In this document: in pieces, positions 21,601 through 27,624 of the stretch
Layout: each line of letters begins with the position of its first letter
Position numbering within the stretch: position 1 is the stretch's first letter
Source: a virus
Virus genome (UHGV): UHGV-0127988
Reading direction: 5' to 3' (one strand)
Length of the DNA: 61,599 bases
Notes under the pieces: model-generated
Database searches by the model: none
Seen by the model: the letters and a program-made list of their open reading frames with translations, nothing else
What the model was told of the DNA's origin: nothing
Program-made: the position numbers and the translations under genes

Positions 21601-23216
21601 CGAAGCGCCAGACCAAATATACCCGCAACCCGACACGTAGCGGGCTGGTGCTGGAGCAGGCCGAGAAGAACCACCAGTACGTCATGAACCCGACCAGCAA
21701 CCGCATTGCGCAGGTCGCCACCCAGGGCGCGTTTATGTGGTACCTGGCACAAAGCCCGGCGGCGGCGCTGGTGAACATGGGGCAGACCGTGATCGTCGCA
21801 CCGTCCAAACTGGCCGCATTCTACGACAAGGGAACCGCGCGGGGCATGGCGGTAGCGCTGGGGCAAATCAATAAGGCGATGTTTGACCTTGCCAACGGGC
21901 GCACCTTCGCAGAGCAGTCGCGCCGCGTTACCCCGCAGGAAAAAGCGGCCGTCAGTGAGGCATACCGGATCGGGCTTATCACCCGTACCCAGTCTCATGA
22001 TGTGGCGGGCATTGCGGATAGCGGCATCAAATACCGCCCGACGCGCGCCCGCATCATGGCGGCTATGTCGTTCATGTTCCACCATACTGAGCGCATCAAC
22101 CGCGAAGCGACGTTCCTCGCCGCGTACCGGATTGCGCGTAAGCGTGGCCTGGATCACCAGAACGCGATCCGGAAGGCGTCAGAGCTGACCTGGGATTCCC
22201 ACTATGACTACCAGAACAGCAGCCGCCCGGCGGTGATGCACAGCAATACCGGCAAAGCGCTGCTGGTGTTCCGCAACTACTCGCTGAACATGATTTCGGA
22301 TCTGGCTTACACCACCTACGAGATCATCAACCCACGTAACGCGCAGGAACGTCGCGAGGCACGCACTCAGATGATTGGCCTGCTGGGGTCGCTGGCGTTC
22401 AATACCGGTATTCGTGGCCTGCCGCTGTTCGGCATGCTGATGGTCATCGCCGGTATGTTCTCCGACGATGGCGAGGATCCGGAAGTCGAGCTGAAAAAGA
22501 CCCTTCTCCAGTACCTGCCGCCGTCGATGGTCGGTATCATGATGGACGGCGTACCTGGCTATGCCTTCGGCGTCGAGCTGTCGGGCCGTATCGGCTTCGG
22601 GGATCTATGGTTCCGTTCCGATGACATGGACCGGGAAGGGGATTCCGCATACCTGTACTGGCTGCAGCAGCTGTTAGGCCCGGCATCATCCATTCCGTAC
22701 ACTGCCGTGCGCGGCATTAGCCAGATCCAGGACGGCTACACCTGGCGCGGGATGGAAAACCTGGTGCCGAAGGCAATCCGTGACCCGATGAAGGCCTACC
22801 GCTACTACAGCGAAGGCGTCACCACCAAAAATGGTGACCCTATCGTCGATGAGGTAGGCGGCTGGGACGTGCTCAAGCAGGCGATGGGCTTCACGCCAGC
22901 GCGTGTCACTGAGCAGTACAAGTTGAACAGCTACAACATGAACAAGCAGAAGACGATCACCGAGGAGCGGAGTAAGCTGCTGGGCGATTTTTATAAGGCC
23001 TGGAAAGCTGGTGATGAGAAGAAAGTGGACCAGATTACTGATAAGATGCGTGCATACTCTGAAAAGTACCCGGAAATGCGCATCGATGGTGATGCTGTCC
23101 GCAGTTCGCTTTCAAGACGTGAGAAATATCGCGGTCAAGCCCTGGGTGGCATGAACTATAACCAGAAGCTGATACCGCGTCTCCAGGAGGAGCAGCCTGG
23201 TAAGGTATATCGGTAG
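9618..23216 (+). CDS. Giant multidomain virion or ejection protein (4,532 aa). Domains in order: lytic transglycosylase (SLT), N6-adenine DNA methyltransferase, SNF2-family helicase, HExxH motif, C-terminal TM segments.
   Basis: GTG start with a GAGGAA ribosome-binding site. SLT motif LAEQESSFNP...GLMQY (aa about 60-90). MTase motif I VLEPSVGVGNFFG and motif IV NPPFG (nt about 15306). SNF2 motifs GAGKT (nt about 17172), DEAH (nt about 17658), helicase-C LLGSTSKMGAGMNVQD and QREGRIIRQG (nt about 18730-18865). HELFH at nt about 19961. Hydrophobic helices at nt about 22240-22470. Confidence 0.85.
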   Translation: MAKNSLPSELDLVQQPSYGLPDWAQRPQAQTVNTGGAVPFQAEFLSASQKYGVPFNVLMGLAEQESSFNPTAIGVPTKYGRAKGLMQYIDDTASRMGINPYDPVQSIDAAARQLRERLDKGYSMQEAVQAHFGGDDRAQWGPKTAQYGKDVLGRAEKFLGGGQSVAAGQLTQQQEQPQTRMGQIAQDYPPAQSAMENLDQTRQRTQALLDEMNKEEPGRYRPLTDEEMQRLSQHITPEMQQQAMQSGKPIEINIPDLVQPGQAVTAQQSQQQPEKRQAELKPWEPTLWERIKGLIPGNKDAATVEMIARDIANREGVSVEEVYKSMGGARPMWNPEGRAPIQALAEGAGIVGKQLPNVPSAVANASLRAVRGGDISADGSTMMDRVISATNVPQEENQDPNYQSVSGIDQSLGFSLSNMVPSIAAGAAGNVVSPGVGTGAGFATSAAIAYRASKDQFLDDVKKKAETEKGSKLTEKEWETLKDTSEAAAMKYGAWEAIPEALSNVIALKMISHPLVGATRAARIADAAKRLGKEQIAEQVTETATTLGQNEAEREVGLSNEKMSVADAFRQQAIQTALVSGIQGGTMQAGRAIYDRVRGNRAASTEERPTTDPSAQPEATATDPAQEAQPEQAATPTAEQPQEAQPSGPLGRAVQNGTQQVVNDVAAQAEQNTAAAENHTSDEFMGPVGSETTVHPADDPNDSFPAVVQGYRNGNAIVVDENGEILEFGPHEVVRPDAAADVVQQQPEQEVTEPVQQTEKATEEQPRQPKAVSEMTEPELRDRLKYLHQQAKSFGGWNERLTKARREVEKAIDAKNAPVQGEIDTEAVQANGLTPSENRRLKELLNKDSRTQAESAEATRLNEKSRASLTEEVPQSTNENTVGAEGMTLVHGSGNGNLTLDDIQIVRANGQKQGKKGRVYGGFYGTSEKDSAQAEGYAGMMEGTPTVYDVKIKPGTKVFQKEGDITRLSENTINDLVSKGYGVVVGTDPRGRTEYAVIDKNAIQQLSKRGVANAETTNVSDERSAQPEVSQVAQSDNAPAVQPDESGAAAQSERVASNTDQPAAGSGADAISGRTTADTDPSLNKDGSQKWFGTERKANEYLQKKGITGTHEIRLVDRRFEIHAKGQDVNQTTETVNQTADNVKPATKSVKGKNGPRYNRVKKLLGAEEGDIVTPQEDIGYTTAGRQYRIYQIEKNGIVHLTNLETNGGTTVSLADLERANSRRSGFNRVEAVAEPAPAAQEQQQSEPEAEEKTASTQTRSEKNVAATDADRFSGNKLFTADKVAAARARMKSKFGQLNSGLDPELLIDGMTIAGAYIESGVRKFSDYAKSMVDDFGADVKPYLLSFWEGARNYPGLDTEGMTSVEQSAKEHAALMQPEETKTPAVGEVQAKPASRTRKTGKAGDMTITQDWGVEHIDGYGENSSGRETGSDLKDAFLKEARKYLNTVADQLEDAGFKPTTNAKGKFVGAVSVNAGGDAVSGDVNLVMDGPNGIGVYIHIGGTSLRGVVPTTDSGIGIMMRTTTPEDKYGAKSQNLWSQVNISATDMAKQAILLVEKRVAAEQHNRQQNEKSQARVTNGLDDMVSSFDREVTPNESQPLGEPGEGSLETAPADAIRAAESEEPAGQRSPRSSGEDVSGSERAGGSGLQRARSVRDDAGEVPVSTGRGEPAGQRNQSGSSQDAGRNADREQPVRGQRPAAGTVAEDRPARAFNIDADEIGKGGKKTKFRNNVAAIRLLKDLERMNRQATQEEQAILAKYVGWGGIPEAFKRTDGSATSGWAKEVAELDEILQPEEYQAAASSTKNAHYTSPEIVSGMWQAMQRLGFTGGRVLEPSVGVGNFFGLMPSDVRSASALHGVELDRITSGIATQLYPEAKIARMGYQDYVIPNGYFDIAIGNPPFGADKLYDGRRKDLSGFSIHNYFFARTVDALRPGGVMTMVVTNRFMDGASDKARQYIADRADLLGAIRLPNDAFAKNAGTQVTTDIIFLRKRLPDETPSAMNSSWLETVDFTDKNGKVVPLNKYFVMHPENMLGEFGAFGSMYREGDSALIAREGQNTSQLLGEAIQRLPENIIKPVEAVKPESRASVVAENARVGSVFLDGDNVMMRDSDELGESRATAVSFPNEKAKARVVGMIGVRDELAALRKLQLDPKADDAAIESARKRLNRAYDAFVKEHGYLNQDANKRLLRDDPTWPQLAALEDDFDKGLSATVAKKTGEEARQPSAKKAAIFSRRTQSPYTAPTSAATAKDALVTSLAEKGRVDMELMANLYGKEESQIIRELDDLVYSDPEKGWVTREEYLSGNVKTKLARARERAMTDAAFNRNVEALEAVQPKDIEAVDINVKPGATWLPADTMGAFADMIAETSGAKAFYNPVSAKWSFPGLASSAAAQTRYGTDRADVRTILEAAASQKAIQIFDNHRDGTRTLNETETQLANDKVNAVKEAFGRWIWSDDARRQSLARIYNDQFNTDVPREYDGSHLTFPGKISDDIIRLRPHQANAVWRIVQGGTTLADHVVGAGKTFTLIAAAMELRRMGLARKPLFAVPNHLVGQWATDFVKLYPGAKVLAATKRDFEKENRKKLFARISTGDWDAVIVAHSSFGKVQVDPEHEAEFIREQIDDLTSSIEAIREAEGQSSRNVKDAAKRRDALKERLKKLVDSENKDDSLYWSELGVDALFVDEAHEFKNLAYSTSMRNVAGLGDASGSQRAMDMFMKVRHVLKATGGRNVVFATGTPISNTMAEMYTMQRYMDYDNLKAQGLSHFDAWARMFGEVVTDWELSPSGKYKMTARFAKFVNMPELMQRYTSFADVINRDDINRQLAAQGKKLPVPKMKGGKPTNIVVPRSSMQATYIGEPITDNNGIEQYPQGSLVYRAEHLPKKAEKGADNMLKIMSDARKVALDMRLIEPGAPDFERSKTNEAARRIKEDYDKWADDRGAQLVFIDLSTPKNAKTAEAARIRDLVEKAEQGDEAAAEQLDKLSPDELAALDGEFSVYDDLKQKLVALGIPENEIAFIHDAKTELQKEELFGKVRSGRVRVLLGSTSKMGAGMNVQDRLVALHHLDAPWRPSDLEQREGRIIRQGNKLYDRDPEGFEVGVYRYATKQTLDSRMWQTLEAKARFIEQVRKGNTAQREVEDIGGEAANAAEMKAASSGNPLILEEMTLRQKMRRLENERAGFDRDQYRIRDTIQQQRRKAEWMAKSLDELRQDVNLSVPDKFAMTINGQELEKRKDAGEALLSIAADMEHNHSDERQIGQYGDFPMSMERTSAEQFTINLEGAGSYTVNFGIGADPLGLTMRISNAVKDLGDAITVMEQGREKALAEIPKLQEQLAEWPKAQELKDTRKRHAEVVDQLKPKKAEKPAESVAAPATQEPKPQYSVATNRAVRGALARGDAGALVAKLQKDGRIVIHDTPPENRRADAAGWVDPDGSIHLALSNLTAETAQPVLMHELFHSGMNAISGSPRWNNLISRLNEYVEAASRREGRETAWDRAYTRIEQSEEGSRRAEELGAYAVEHFEQMPPGIRKWAETVIGTVKNWVQQRFGVQLGEVTPSQLRALAAGAVRNQSPVKGATETAYSMKPGEAKKEAEAFYGKKIDATRDLTGDALTAAMPTLLHWTPGRFLLKRVAKDIPALGEYADIKLKMDTFRDEWHALTDKLAQRWQKYRAKNAAENSQLMQIMHESTLAQADPSEKFESRLNGADLKILRNKKTSSDEWQQANKKAMDESAREKEWTRLNAEFQKLSPEGQALYRDVRDLYSKLANTQEAIIVANLEKAMEFRIKEAQREFEDEMQAINDEGLKGEDREKAITAAKKKLDNARRRDAWNRRARVNQLRQEFESNRLAGPYFPLARFGDYFVTARNKKTNEIEVFSRQETPFQQSRVAKELRKQGFEVETGLISKTAELRKQVPAEFVARIEDILKGLPAAKETQDQVWQLYLERMPDMSLRKNRIHRKGRAGFEEDALRAFASHMFHGAHQTARMKFAMDLQDQLDEAKRQTKYTRNPTRSGLVLEQAEKNHQYVMNPTSNRIAQVATQGAFMWYLAQSPAAALVNMGQTVIVAPSKLAAFYDKGTARGMAVALGQINKAMFDLANGRTFAEQSRRVTPQEKAAVSEAYRIGLITRTQSHDVAGIADSGIKYRPTRARIMAAMSFMFHHTERINREATFLAAYRIARKRGLDHQNAIRKASELTWDSHYDYQNSSRPAVMHSNTGKALLVFRNYSLNMISDLAYTTYEIINPRNAQERREARTQMIGLLGSLAFNTGIRGLPLFGMLMVIAGMFSDDGEDPEVELKKTLLQYLPPSMVGIMMDGVPGYAFGVELSGRIGFGDLWFRSDDMDREGDSAYLYWLQQLLGPASSIPYTAVRGISQIQDGYTWRGMENLVPKAIRDPMKAYRYYSEGVTTKNGDPIVDEVGGWDVLKQAMGFTPARVTEQYKLNSYNMNKQKTITEERSKLLGDFYKAWKAGDEKKVDQITDKMRAYSEKYPEMRIDGDAVRSSLSRREKYRGQALGGMNYNQKLIPRLQEEQPGKVYR

Positions 23217-23343
23217 GACGGAACACACCTACGCTGGCGCGTGATCCGGCCTGGTGTGTGGGCTTTCGGGCCTTTCCTCCCCGCGTTTGCTTCGGCGCGG
23301 GTATGCGCGTGACGGCGGCACGTAATCATCGCGAACCGCCACT

Positions 23344-23376
23344 AGCCCCTGGTTTCAGCCGGGGGCTTTTTATTTT
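23344..23376 (+). terminator. Rho-independent terminator after the giant gene
   Basis: AGCCCC ... GGGGCT hairpin followed by TTTTTATTTT. Confidence 0.65.
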
Positions 23377-23382
23377 GTGTGT

Positions 23383-23453
23383 TGTGGTTATAGCAACGCT
23401 CGGTCTAAAATCGAAACATACCCAATAAGCTGCGCAAGACGTGCGGCGATCCC
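23383..23453 (+). promoter_or_regulatory. Late promoter candidate (TTGTGG-N18-TAAAAT) plus a conserved leader motif, upstream of the lysis operon. Copy 1 of 3.
   Basis: Shares AGCAAC..AATCGAAAC..GCTGCGCAAGACGTGCGGCGATCCC with 53029-53084. The 25-mer is identical at 23429-23453 and 53060-53084. Confidence 0.5.
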
Positions 23454-23467
23454 TCAAGGAGTCGCGC

Positions 23468-24040
23468 ATGTCGCAGTCGCTTACAGAGAAAGACTATCAG
23501 GCCGCCGCCAGTAAGCTCGGTGTTCCTGTTGCAGCAGTGAAGGCGGTTTCTTCCGTCGAAAGTTCGGGAAACGGCTTCCTGGCAGACGGCCGCCCGAAAA
23601 TTCTTTTCGAACGTCACATCTTCAAAAAGCGGCTCATCGCCAAAGGCATCGATACCAGCAAGATCCCCTCCGGTATCTGTAGCTCAACCCCTGGCGGCTA
23701 TCTCGGTGGGGCGGACGAACACGAACGTCTCGATACCGCAGCCAAATACGACCGCGATTGCGCGCTGGAGTCCGCCTCCTGGGGATCGTTTCAGGTCATG
23801 GGATACCACTGGAAAGCGCTCGGCTATCCGACCCTCCAGGCGTTCATTAACGACCAGTACAAGGCCGCAGGTCAGCTCGATACGTTCGTTCGCTTCATCA
23901 AGGCCGATCCGCGCCTGGTGAAAGCGCTGAAAGCGAAAGACTGGACGTCGTTCGCCAGCATCTACAACGGCCCGGCATACGCGAAGAACGCCTATCACAC
24001 GAAAATGGCCTCCGCTTACAAACAGTTCGGAGGTGTCTGA
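23468..24040 (+). CDS. Endolysin, N-acetylmuramidase-like family
   Basis: AAGGAG ribosome-binding site. Motifs SSVESSGNGF...ILFERHIF...WGSFQVMGYHW are typical of the phage N-acetylmuramidase endolysin family. Confidence 0.8.
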   Translation: MSQSLTEKDYQAAASKLGVPVAAVKAVSSVESSGNGFLADGRPKILFERHIFKKRLIAKGIDTSKIPSGICSSTPGGYLGGADEHERLDTAAKYDRDCALESASWGSFQVMGYHWKALGYPTLQAFINDQYKAAGQLDTFVRFIKADPRLVKALKAKDWTSFASIYNGPAYAKNAYHTKMASAYKQFGGV

Positions 24041-24390
24041 TGGACGAGTTCAACCCTGGTGGTGGTACTCTTGGCGCAATTGGTGCAGCCATTACCGCTT
24101 TTATCGGCGGATTTTTTTGGCTCCGAAAGACCCTCGCCAGCACGGCGGCGGACGTGGCTGGGGATCGTGCAGAAGTTAACATGATTCAGGTTCTTCAGGA
24201 GGAAAACGCCCGCCTCCGGGAGCGCCTTACCGCAGTGGAGCAGGAGCGCAACGAGCAGTTTAAGCAGATTGCAGACCTGTCCGCTCAGCTCCAGATCATC
24301 CAGGACAAGGTTCAGACACTGACGACGACAAATCAGCAATTGTCTGAAGAGGTCCAGAGACTCCGGGCCGCCGTGGAGAGAACATCATGA
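24040..24390 (+). CDS. Lysis-associated membrane protein (holin candidate; single N-terminal TM helix plus coiled coil)
   Basis: TM segment GTLGAIGAAITAFIGGFFWL. ATGA overlap with the endolysin gene. Confidence 0.5.
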   Translation: MDEFNPGGGTLGAIGAAITAFIGGFFWLRKTLASTAADVAGDRAEVNMIQVLQEENARLRERLTAVEQERNEQFKQIADLSAQLQIIQDKVQTLTTTNQQLSEEVQRLRAAVERTS

Positions 24391-24716
24391 CAGACGAAAA
24401 GAAAATCCGTCACAGCCGGGCTGTGTGGGGGATCGCTGCGCTGTTCAGCATTGCCGGTGCTTGCGCCGGTTTTGCCGCGAGCCACCTGCTGATTTCTACG
24501 CGAGCCGCGTCGGAGATTACCAGCATACGAGCAGCCTATGAAGAGTCCCGCCAGTCGAGACAGGCCGCGCTTGATATGTGCCTTACCATTGCGCCGCAAG
24601 CAGCGCAAAAAGCCGCAGCAGCAGCCACAAAGGCCGCAGATGCCGCAGAAGCAGCAAAGAAAGCAGCCGGGAAGGTCGCCACCGATGAAGAGCGCATAGA
24701 GGGCGAAATTAAATGA
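24387..24716 (+). CDS. Lysis-associated membrane protein (holin or antiholin candidate)
   Basis: N-terminal TM segment AVWGIAALFSIAGACAGFAASHLLI with an Ala-rich C-terminus. Overlapping start and stop codons with both neighbours. Confidence 0.5.
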   Translation: MTDEKKIRHSRAVWGIAALFSIAGACAGFAASHLLISTRAASEITSIRAAYEESRQSRQAALDMCLTIAPQAAQKAAAAATKAADAAEAAKKAAGKVATDEERIEGEIK

Positions 24717-25279
24717 CTATCCCGTCCCTTATCTCCGCAAAAATAACCGCCGCAATGTGCATTATCTGCACATTATTGGGGTGTCTCGCCGTGTGGTATG
24801 TGCAGGAATTGCGCATTGACGCAAAAACATCATCCCTCAACTCAGCGCACGCTGAAGAGAAGGCGAAGTGGGACCGCGAGAAGATAGCGATCACCACCAA
24901 AGCCCAGCAGGATACTGCCGAAGCCCTGGAGCGCCAGAAACAGGCCCAGGCCGCCGCCGCTGCTGCCGATAAAGAAGCCCAGGAGAAATTAGCAAATGCC
25001 GAACGTGAAAATGCTGCTCTGCGCTATGACGTTGCCACTGGCAATAAGCGGGTGCGGCTCCTTGAAGCAAACCTCGCCACAGCCAACCTTGCAGCCCGTC
25101 AGCACGCCGCAGGCGGAAGTACCAGCGCCAGCAGCGTGGGCGATGGAGAAGGAGCCGAGCTTACTGCCGAAGCTGGATCAGTTGTTCTCGATATCCGGGC
25201 CGGAATCCAGCGACGGGAAACCAAAATAGAGTACCTGCAGAGCTACATCAATGATGTAGTGAAGCAGTGCAAACGGTAA
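24713..25279 (+). CDS. rz: Rz-like i-spanin
   Basis: N-terminal TM helix, coiled coil, and an RYDVATGNKRVRL motif typical of Rz. Confidence 0.75.
   Translation: MTIPSLISAKITAAMCIICTLLGCLAVWYVQELRIDAKTSSLNSAHAEEKAKWDREKIAITTKAQQDTAEALERQKQAQAAAAAADKEAQEKLANAERENAALRYDVATGNKRVRLLEANLATANLAARQHAAGGSTSASSVGDGEGAELTAEAGSVVLDIRAGIQRRETKIEYLQSYINDVVKQCKR
24996..25229 (+). CDS. rz1: Rz1-like o-spanin lipoprotein embedded in the +1 frame of Rz
   Basis: Lipobox LAISGC and a Pro-rich mature part. Fully nested in the Rz gene. Confidence 0.7.
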   Translation: MPNVKMLLCAMTLPLAISGCGSLKQTSPQPTLQPVSTPQAEVPAPAAWAMEKEPSLLPKLDQLFSISGPESSDGKPK

Positions 25280-25324
25280 GCAGCGATGCTATAGTTACTT
25301 TGCCTGAACAACATCCCATTGCTC

Positions 25325-25349
25325 GACTTCCATGCCCGCCGCCCAGCGG
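25325..25349 (+). terminator. Rho-independent terminator of the lysis operon
   Basis: GCCCGC-cgccca-GCGGGC followed by CTTTTTTT. Confidence 0.7.
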
Positions 25350-25350
25350 G

Positions 25351-25388
25351 CCTTTTTTTGTTCTAAATTTGCAATCATTCGTTCTACT
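25351..25388 (+). promoter_or_regulatory. Duplicate of the immunity-region PR-like promoter/operator (TTGCAA-N18-TATATT), rightward
   Basis: GTTCTAAATTTGCAATCATTCGTT is near-identical to GTTGCTAAATTGCAATCATGCGTT at 34794-34817 in the cI/cro intergenic region. Confidence 0.45.
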
Positions 25389-25766
25389 ATGCTATATTTT
25401 CACCGTTGTACGTTGCATGGCACATGTGACGTTAGCGGTCTGAACGGGCCTTTGCTTCCATCATCCCCGTAGCAGGTAGCCGGAATGTGCAAGCCGCGTG
25501 TTTACCCGGCACGAACGAGCGATTCACCATCGTGGCGATACGGTGTGGCACCCTGGAAGCAGACAGGGGACAACAGGTAAGTGATTCCAGATAGGGTTGC
25601 GACTCTAACTGTTAATAGCAGGGGTATCACTTTCCGTTGTGGCAATTGCGGCTATGCGCACGCGGCGAGGCCAAACCATTCAACGTTAAAAATGAATGCG
25701 TTCTTAATAGTGTGACGCCGCCGGGTCTGGCCGTTCCGGCAGGTGGAGGCACCACCGCCACAACGC

Positions 25767-25847
25767 ATAACGCAGGGCATCTTTCAGGAACTCCATCTCT
25801 CAATGAGGTTTTGGCGTTAAATCAGCCTGGAGGGTGCCCTGCGTTAT
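25767..25847. repeat. Perfect 13-bp inverted repeat (ATAACGCAGGGCA / TGCCCTGCGTTAT) separated by 55 nt, within the attP candidate region
   Basis: Read directly from the sequence. Noncoding region between the lysis module and int. Confidence 0.5.
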
Positions 25848-25955
25848 GGCGCGGTATCCATAACAGTCGTTTGATTGGTCTATTCGCCCTGGCGGGGTCT
25901 TCCACCAACCACACAGGAGGAAGAGGATAAATGTTCTGACCGCCAGGGTCGCTTT

Positions 25956-27221
25956 TTAGGCCGCTTCAGTACCGGCGATGACCGTCAACCTGGGCGGCGT
26001 CTTGTCCCGGATCATGTCCCGCACGAACTTATCCCAAATCTCCATCGCCTCGCGCTTCTCTGCCATGTATGAATAGCGGTCATAGTGCTTCGAGCTGACA
26101 CCAGCCCGGCTATGGTTCTGCAGCCTGTCCCTTATTTCTTGGGTTAATCCGGCCTTGCCTGCCAGGGTTTTGAACGTTCTGCGGCAGTCCCTATTGGTGA
26201 AATGCGGGATAACTCCCCGGTCGCGCTGACGCCAAAGGAATGAATAAAGCGTCGAGTGCTGCACAGGCTTAGAAGGGTCTTTATCACCAGGGAAGTACCA
26301 GCCGAACTCGTTGGGCGTAATGCTATCCAGCAGCTCGATAGCCAGGCCGGGCAGGGGGATGGCATGCGGGCGGCCGTTCTTGGTTTTCTGCCAGTCGATA
26401 ATGCCTTCATCACGGCTGAATTGGTCAACGTGCAGGGTGCATATCTCCTGGACCCTTTGTCCGGTCAGTAAAAGCAACTGCATTGCTTTGGGGTATGACG
26501 GGTGAACATCAACGTCTGGATATTCAAGCCAGCGCCATAGCTTCACCCACTCCTCTTCTCGCAGCCAGCGCTCACCAGAAACTTTCGGCTCAGTGGGGAT
26601 ATCAGCTGCCGGATTATGCACGATATTGAATCGGCGCGGACTTGAGCTGCGATAATCCAGCTCAGAACGCAGACCCCAGCCGTAGGCGCTGCGAATATAT
26701 GATCGAACGTGGTCACTCATAGATTTCGCCCCACGCTCATAAATAGGACGCAGGACGTTCAGCACGTCAATCGGCTCGATATCTCGCGCCAAGCGGTTGC
26801 GCCCCAGCTCATCGGCAATCTTGTTCAGTCCCTTTCTGGCCTCCTTGTGGCTGGACTTTCCGCTATCCCGTAGCCAGTCCGCATAGGCTTCAAAAAGGTC
26901 GCCCACGGTGCCTGGCCGGGTATCGCCCTGGACCTTGATCGATGCCCCCTTATTGATGGTGGCGGAAAAGTCGCGGGTGAATACCTCGCGGGCATCCGCC
27001 AGGGTCATGTGCGGGTACTCGCCCAGCTTCTTCAGCTTGCGCTTCCCGTCGCGCCACTGCTGAGCGAACCAGTTCGACGTGACGCGGGTCGGCATAGGCT
27101 TAATGACCAGCACAAGGCGTCCGGTGCCGCGCCCTTCGCCGTCTGGCAGGGTTTCAGGTTTCTGTGATTTGGCGACGCGTTTCAGTGCGTTTTTTATCTG
27201 TCCGTCCGTGAGTGCTGGCAT
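25956..27221 (-). CDS. int: Tyrosine integrase, P4-type
   Basis: N-terminal arm-binding-like region. Catalytic-core motifs ...TGQRVQEI..., NRDCRRTF, HSRAGVSSKHYDRYS (Tyr nucleophile). Confidence 0.85.
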   Translation of the reverse strand: MPALTDGQIKNALKRVAKSQKPETLPDGEGRGTGRLVLVIKPMPTRVTSNWFAQQWRDGKRKLKKLGEYPHMTLADAREVFTRDFSATINKGASIKVQGDTRPGTVGDLFEAYADWLRDSGKSSHKEARKGLNKIADELGRNRLARDIEPIDVLNVLRPIYERGAKSMSDHVRSYIRSAYGWGLRSELDYRSSSPRRFNIVHNPAADIPTEPKVSGERWLREEEWVKLWRWLEYPDVDVHPSYPKAMQLLLLTGQRVQEICTLHVDQFSRDEGIIDWQKTKNGRPHAIPLPGLAIELLDSITPNEFGWYFPGDKDPSKPVQHSTLYSFLWRQRDRGVIPHFTNRDCRRTFKTLAGKAGLTQEIRDRLQNHSRAGVSSKHYDRYSYMAEKREAMEIWDKFVRDMIRDKTPPRLTVIAGTEAA

Positions 27222-27477
27222 TCTTCGGTAGTCCTCGCTGGTGGCAGTTAGGGGGTGGCTGGTGGTGCTGTAATTGGTGTTGGTTTGCCCGATGCACCCC
27301 GTTTATTGATCGGGAGCCGCTACCAGTCAATATCTTAAAAAAAGTCCGGTAATCAAAGGGTTTGAACGTGAACCAGCGTGAACTAAAAACTGGCAGTAGG
27401 GTGATTATGTACCACACTTACCCGTTCTAAATTCCGCTGTGTTTTCAAACCCTTTAGCCTGTTATGCCGCCTAACTG

Positions 27478-27572
27478 GTGTAGCGGACTGGTGCTGGTTT
27501 CGTTTTGACCTCTCGCATATTCCCGTTCAGCACCAGACCGTCACCAGCATTACCGCTACATATCTTTCAACG
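27478..27572. repeat. Long imperfect inverted repeat (CTGGTGTAGCGGACTGGTGCTGG ... CAGCACCAGACCGTCACCAGCATTACCGCTACA) upstream of int
   Basis: Read from the sequence. Nearby direct repeats of CGTGAAC at 27355-27375. Candidate Int/IHF arm sites or a structured element. Confidence 0.35.
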
Positions 27573-27624
27573 CCAGGCCGATGCAAATCAGGGCTGAATT
27601 GCGATGAGGATATCCAGCAGATCG

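Noticed and set aside
9668-22188. Numerous minus- and plus-strand ORFs nested inside the giant gene (for example 11034-11855, 14550-15035, 16758-17525, 17628-18665, 19323-20165, 21453-22157)
   Set aside because: They are antisense or alternative-frame ORFs typical of a GC-rich long gene. Their translations are Arg/Ala/Cys-rich, they have no ribosome-binding sites, and the sense frame has clear domain homology.
25637-25930. 97-aa plus-strand ORF in the lysis-int intergenic region
   Set aside because: No ribosome-binding site, Gly/Thr/Ala-biased junk-like translation, and it lies in a region better explained as attP or regulatory RNA.
25280-25955. Search for a tRNA, tmRNA fragment or CRISPR array at the int-adjacent region
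   Set aside because: No T-loop (GTTCGAATCC-like) or acceptor-stem pattern and no regularly spaced direct repeats. The only structure is the 13-bp inverted repeat pair.
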